Below are positions 61,101 through 64,000 of a stretch of 64,000 nt of DNA, in pieces. Each line of letters starts with the position of its first letter. The first letter of the stretch is position 1. The stretch covers positions 44,022,001 through 44,086,000 of the forward strand of contig OZ076409.1 of NCBI GenBank assembly GCA_964187785.1, read 5' to 3'. Made by a program: the position numbers and the translations under genes. The notes beneath the pieces are model-generated. The model was not told where the DNA came from, made no database searches, and saw only the letters and a list, made by a program, of their open reading frames with translations. Origin of the DNA: Amphiscolops sp. MND2022 (lineage: Eukaryota).

Positions 61101-64000
61101 TCTAAGGATGCATCAGCGAAAACATGCAAGTCTACTACTTCAACATTTTCCGATAAATAATTTCTTTTGAGAGTCATCTTATTCATGTGACTCAACTCCG
61201 ATGCATCATTCCTTGAAAGCAATCTCGTCTTCTGGAGAAACTTGTTCGTCCCACGATTGCCCATGCTTCTTCCAAATTCCTTTGAGCAACAATCTCATCC
61301 TCACTGTAAAAGGGGAAAACAATCCCAACGGGTCAAACACCGAGGATACTTGGGATAAAATTACTCGCTGAGTAACCTTCGCAGGCACCTCTTTTCCCAT
61401 ACCGCGGCAGATCTTAAGACTGTCCGACTTCACATTCCACTGGAGTCCCAAGATTGAAGGTGCCAAAGGTTCAGCTTCGAATGTCTTACTCAGCGCGCTT
61501 GATCTATCTTCAGGAGATATTCTTTCCATTACTTTCTCTGAGTTACAAATCCATTTCGTCAGTTGAAATCCCCCATCTGCTAAGGACTTTCGCAAGCATT
61601 TGTACACTTCAACGGCTTCTTCCTCTGAAGCTACCGTCTTCACAAAATCGTCCATGTAGAAGTTTCTGTTTATCAACTTTGCAACCATCCCATGGTCATC
61701 TCTGCAATCTCTTCCGACTTGTTGCTAAGCATAATTGACACATGTTGGCGAACTCTTAGCTCCGAAAATGTGTCTTCCATATTCGTAAACGGATATAGGA
61801 TCAGTGTTGTTTTCTCTCGACAAAAATCTGAGCACTTTGCAATCTGCAGGGGGGTACTTTCACTTGGAGAAACATCGCTTCTACATCTGCGGTCAAAACA
61901 ATTTTCTTCTCCTTGAACCTGAAGATAATTCCAATGAGCGATTGTAGGAGGTCTGGACCGGCCATCAAATTGTCATTTAGTGAAACACTTCTGAACTTTG
62001 AGGCAGCGTTGCACACTCGTCTCACTTTGTCCGGCTTGTTCAGGTGTAGCACAGGGAGATGCGGAACGTACCACTGAAGGTCGGTTTTAGAGCTTTCAAA
62101 CTCTGCTTCGTCCAGGATTCTCACAAACCCCTTTTGTACGTCAACGTCAATTGTCTCTTTGTAGCGTTGTGTCAAGCTCTCATCCTCTTCCAGTCGGCGC
62201 TCGAGAGACTTCAATTGACTTACTGCTGAACTGTAGTTGTTCGGCAAATGCGGCTTTGCATTTTTCCGAAGTAGCCCGACCTCATACCACTCTCCATCGA
62301 ACTTTGTGGTTGCCTTGAGCATTTCGAGGGCTTTGTAATCCTCTTTGGACCTTCCGGATGCGCTGCAGTTGAAAGCATACGATTCCATGCTCCACCAAGT
62401 TTTCACTTGATCCGCTAATGGGTCCACTTCTGCAGCGACTAAGCTTTCAGTCGCAAGCTTCGCAGTCTCTTGCTGAGGCAAGGGTCCACTGAGCATCCAT
62501 CCCAGCTTCGTTCGCACTGCCCAGGGCTTTGCGTTTCCACACTTTCTATAGTCGATTGCTCTATGCAAGTGGTAGCAATCTTGGCCCAAGATGACTTTCA
62601 CTTCTCCCAAGTTGATGGTAGACTCCCTCAATACTGACAGGTGAGGATATGTTTCTTTTAATTTCTTGAGGTTGTAAGTTCGATTTCCGGCATTCACGTC
62701 TGGATGACAATATGCCATGATATCTTCTTTGACCTTTCCGTCTTGATCTCCAATCCTGACTCGAAGTCGTTTGCTACTAATATCTGACGTTCCGTGAATC
62801 CCTGCAACATTCAAATCCACTGGCTGTCCTGTCAGATTCAGCGATTTCATAAGGCTCTCGTCCACAAAGGACAGGCTTGCGCCAGAGTCGCACAAAGCGA
62901 ACGTTTTCAGAGTTTTGCTCCCACCCCCTATCGTTACTGGAATTACTGGAAGCACTCCACTGCTTTTCATTGATGACAAATTGGAGACCTCTTCGACATT
63001 TTCAACACTTTGCTTTTGTTCCACGTTCTTGTATGGTCTGTGTAGCAATCTGTGATGAGGTTTTCCGCAACCACTTACGTCGCAGAGTCTACCAGAGCAA
63101 TTTCTCATCTGATGCGCGTCTGACAAACATTTGAAGCACAATTTCAACTCTTTCGCCTTTTGTCCTCTTTCTTCGACGTTCATCTTCTTGAACTTCTCAC
63201 ATTTCCATATGGGATGTTTGCCATCTTTCAGCGCACACTCTCGCTGGTATTTCGAGTTGTCACTGGCTGTGTTTGTTGTTGATGTGGCAAACGTGGAGCC
63301 TTTGGCCTTTTCCTTGTAGTTCGACTTCGCGCGATCAGCATTCGGGTTTGAAGACAAAAGCAATTCGTTTTGAACATCTGCTATATCATTGAGCCCTTCA
63401 CTGAACACAGCGAGTCCAGGTTGATATAGGTTCATTTGCTTGACATAAGTGAGCCACTTTGTTTTCATGTCCAGCGTTAACTTCCTTGTGGCACTGCCCA
63501 GGACTCCTTCTGAGTTTAGGTCTCCCACGTAGTTGAATTGTGTCAGAACTTTCACACAACTCGACACTATTCTCGCAAACTTGATAACTGCGGCTCCATC
63601 ATAAGGTTTCATAGGAGGAAAAAAATAGATTCGTTTCAGCTGGGCGTTCACAACCATTTCAGGTTTTCCAAATTTTCGAACTAGAACGTTCCACGCCACA
63701 TTGTACATTTCAGCAGTGTATCCCAAGCCAGCAATCGCCTCTTCGGCTTTGCCCGTTACCATCGTCTTCAGGTGATTCATCTTTACACTGTCGTCCATAT
63801 TTGCTGCGTGGACGGTTGCTTGAAATAGTTGTGACCACTCTGGCCACTCCAACGGGTCTCCTGAGAATTCTGCCAACTTCAGTTTTGGCAAGCTTGATCT
63901 GATGAAATAGTCGTCTCTTACGTTCGACGCCATGTTTGGCCCTTGACTTGGCGAATACCGCTTCTGTGTGTTCGCAAGCTGTGGTACTTGAAATGCACCA
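58174..64000 (-). mobile_element. BEL/Pao LTR retrotransposon (3' part; continues beyond the right edge)
   Basis: 3' LTR 58174-59117 (TGTTGG...GTTACA on minus) preceded by purine-rich GAAAAACAGGGCCGGCAA; BEL-type polyprotein. Confidence 0.93.
59066..64000 (-). pseudogene. BEL/Pao gag-pol polyprotein with frameshifts and stops
   Basis: LPKLKLAEFSGDPLEW (gag), triple CCHC, ALCDSGA, SLNDNLMAGPDL, FYMDD, HVFADAS, SIPRLEL, GVDYFGP, SDNGTNF, LTPNHFLLG. Confidence 0.93.

Overview
Repeat-rich animal (invertebrate-type) genomic DNA; the species cannot be determined from the window. The only clear host gene is a CLIC (chloride intracellular channel / GST-fold) gene on the minus strand, with coding exons at 22219-22151, 1949-1598 and 258-70, continuing off the left edge. 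Its ~20 kb first coding intron holds the highlight: a very young 14,255-bp retrovirus-like Ty3/Gypsy element (3975-18229; identical 335-bp LTRs, CAGTT target-site duplication). It carries gag, a -1 frameshifted pol whose integrase ends in a TARG1/OARD1-like macrodomain, and a class I (F-type) env. Between pol and env lies an accessory block with an antisense five-exon gene (integrase-like HHCC zinc motif fused to an OTU-like cysteine protease/deubiquitinase) and a small antisense type I membrane protein. The rest is nested mobile DNA: a CR1 LINE, a full-length decayed Copia, a CRE-like RLE fragment, an older ~14.5-kb Gypsy whose gag frame starts inside the LTR, two partial/solo LTRs, a BEL/Pao element running off the right edge, a hAT relic, Helentron-like (HINE) repeats, several MITEs, tRNA-derived SINE heads and an ~790-bp near-perfect palindrome. 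All domain calls come from recognising motifs by eye; no searches were run.
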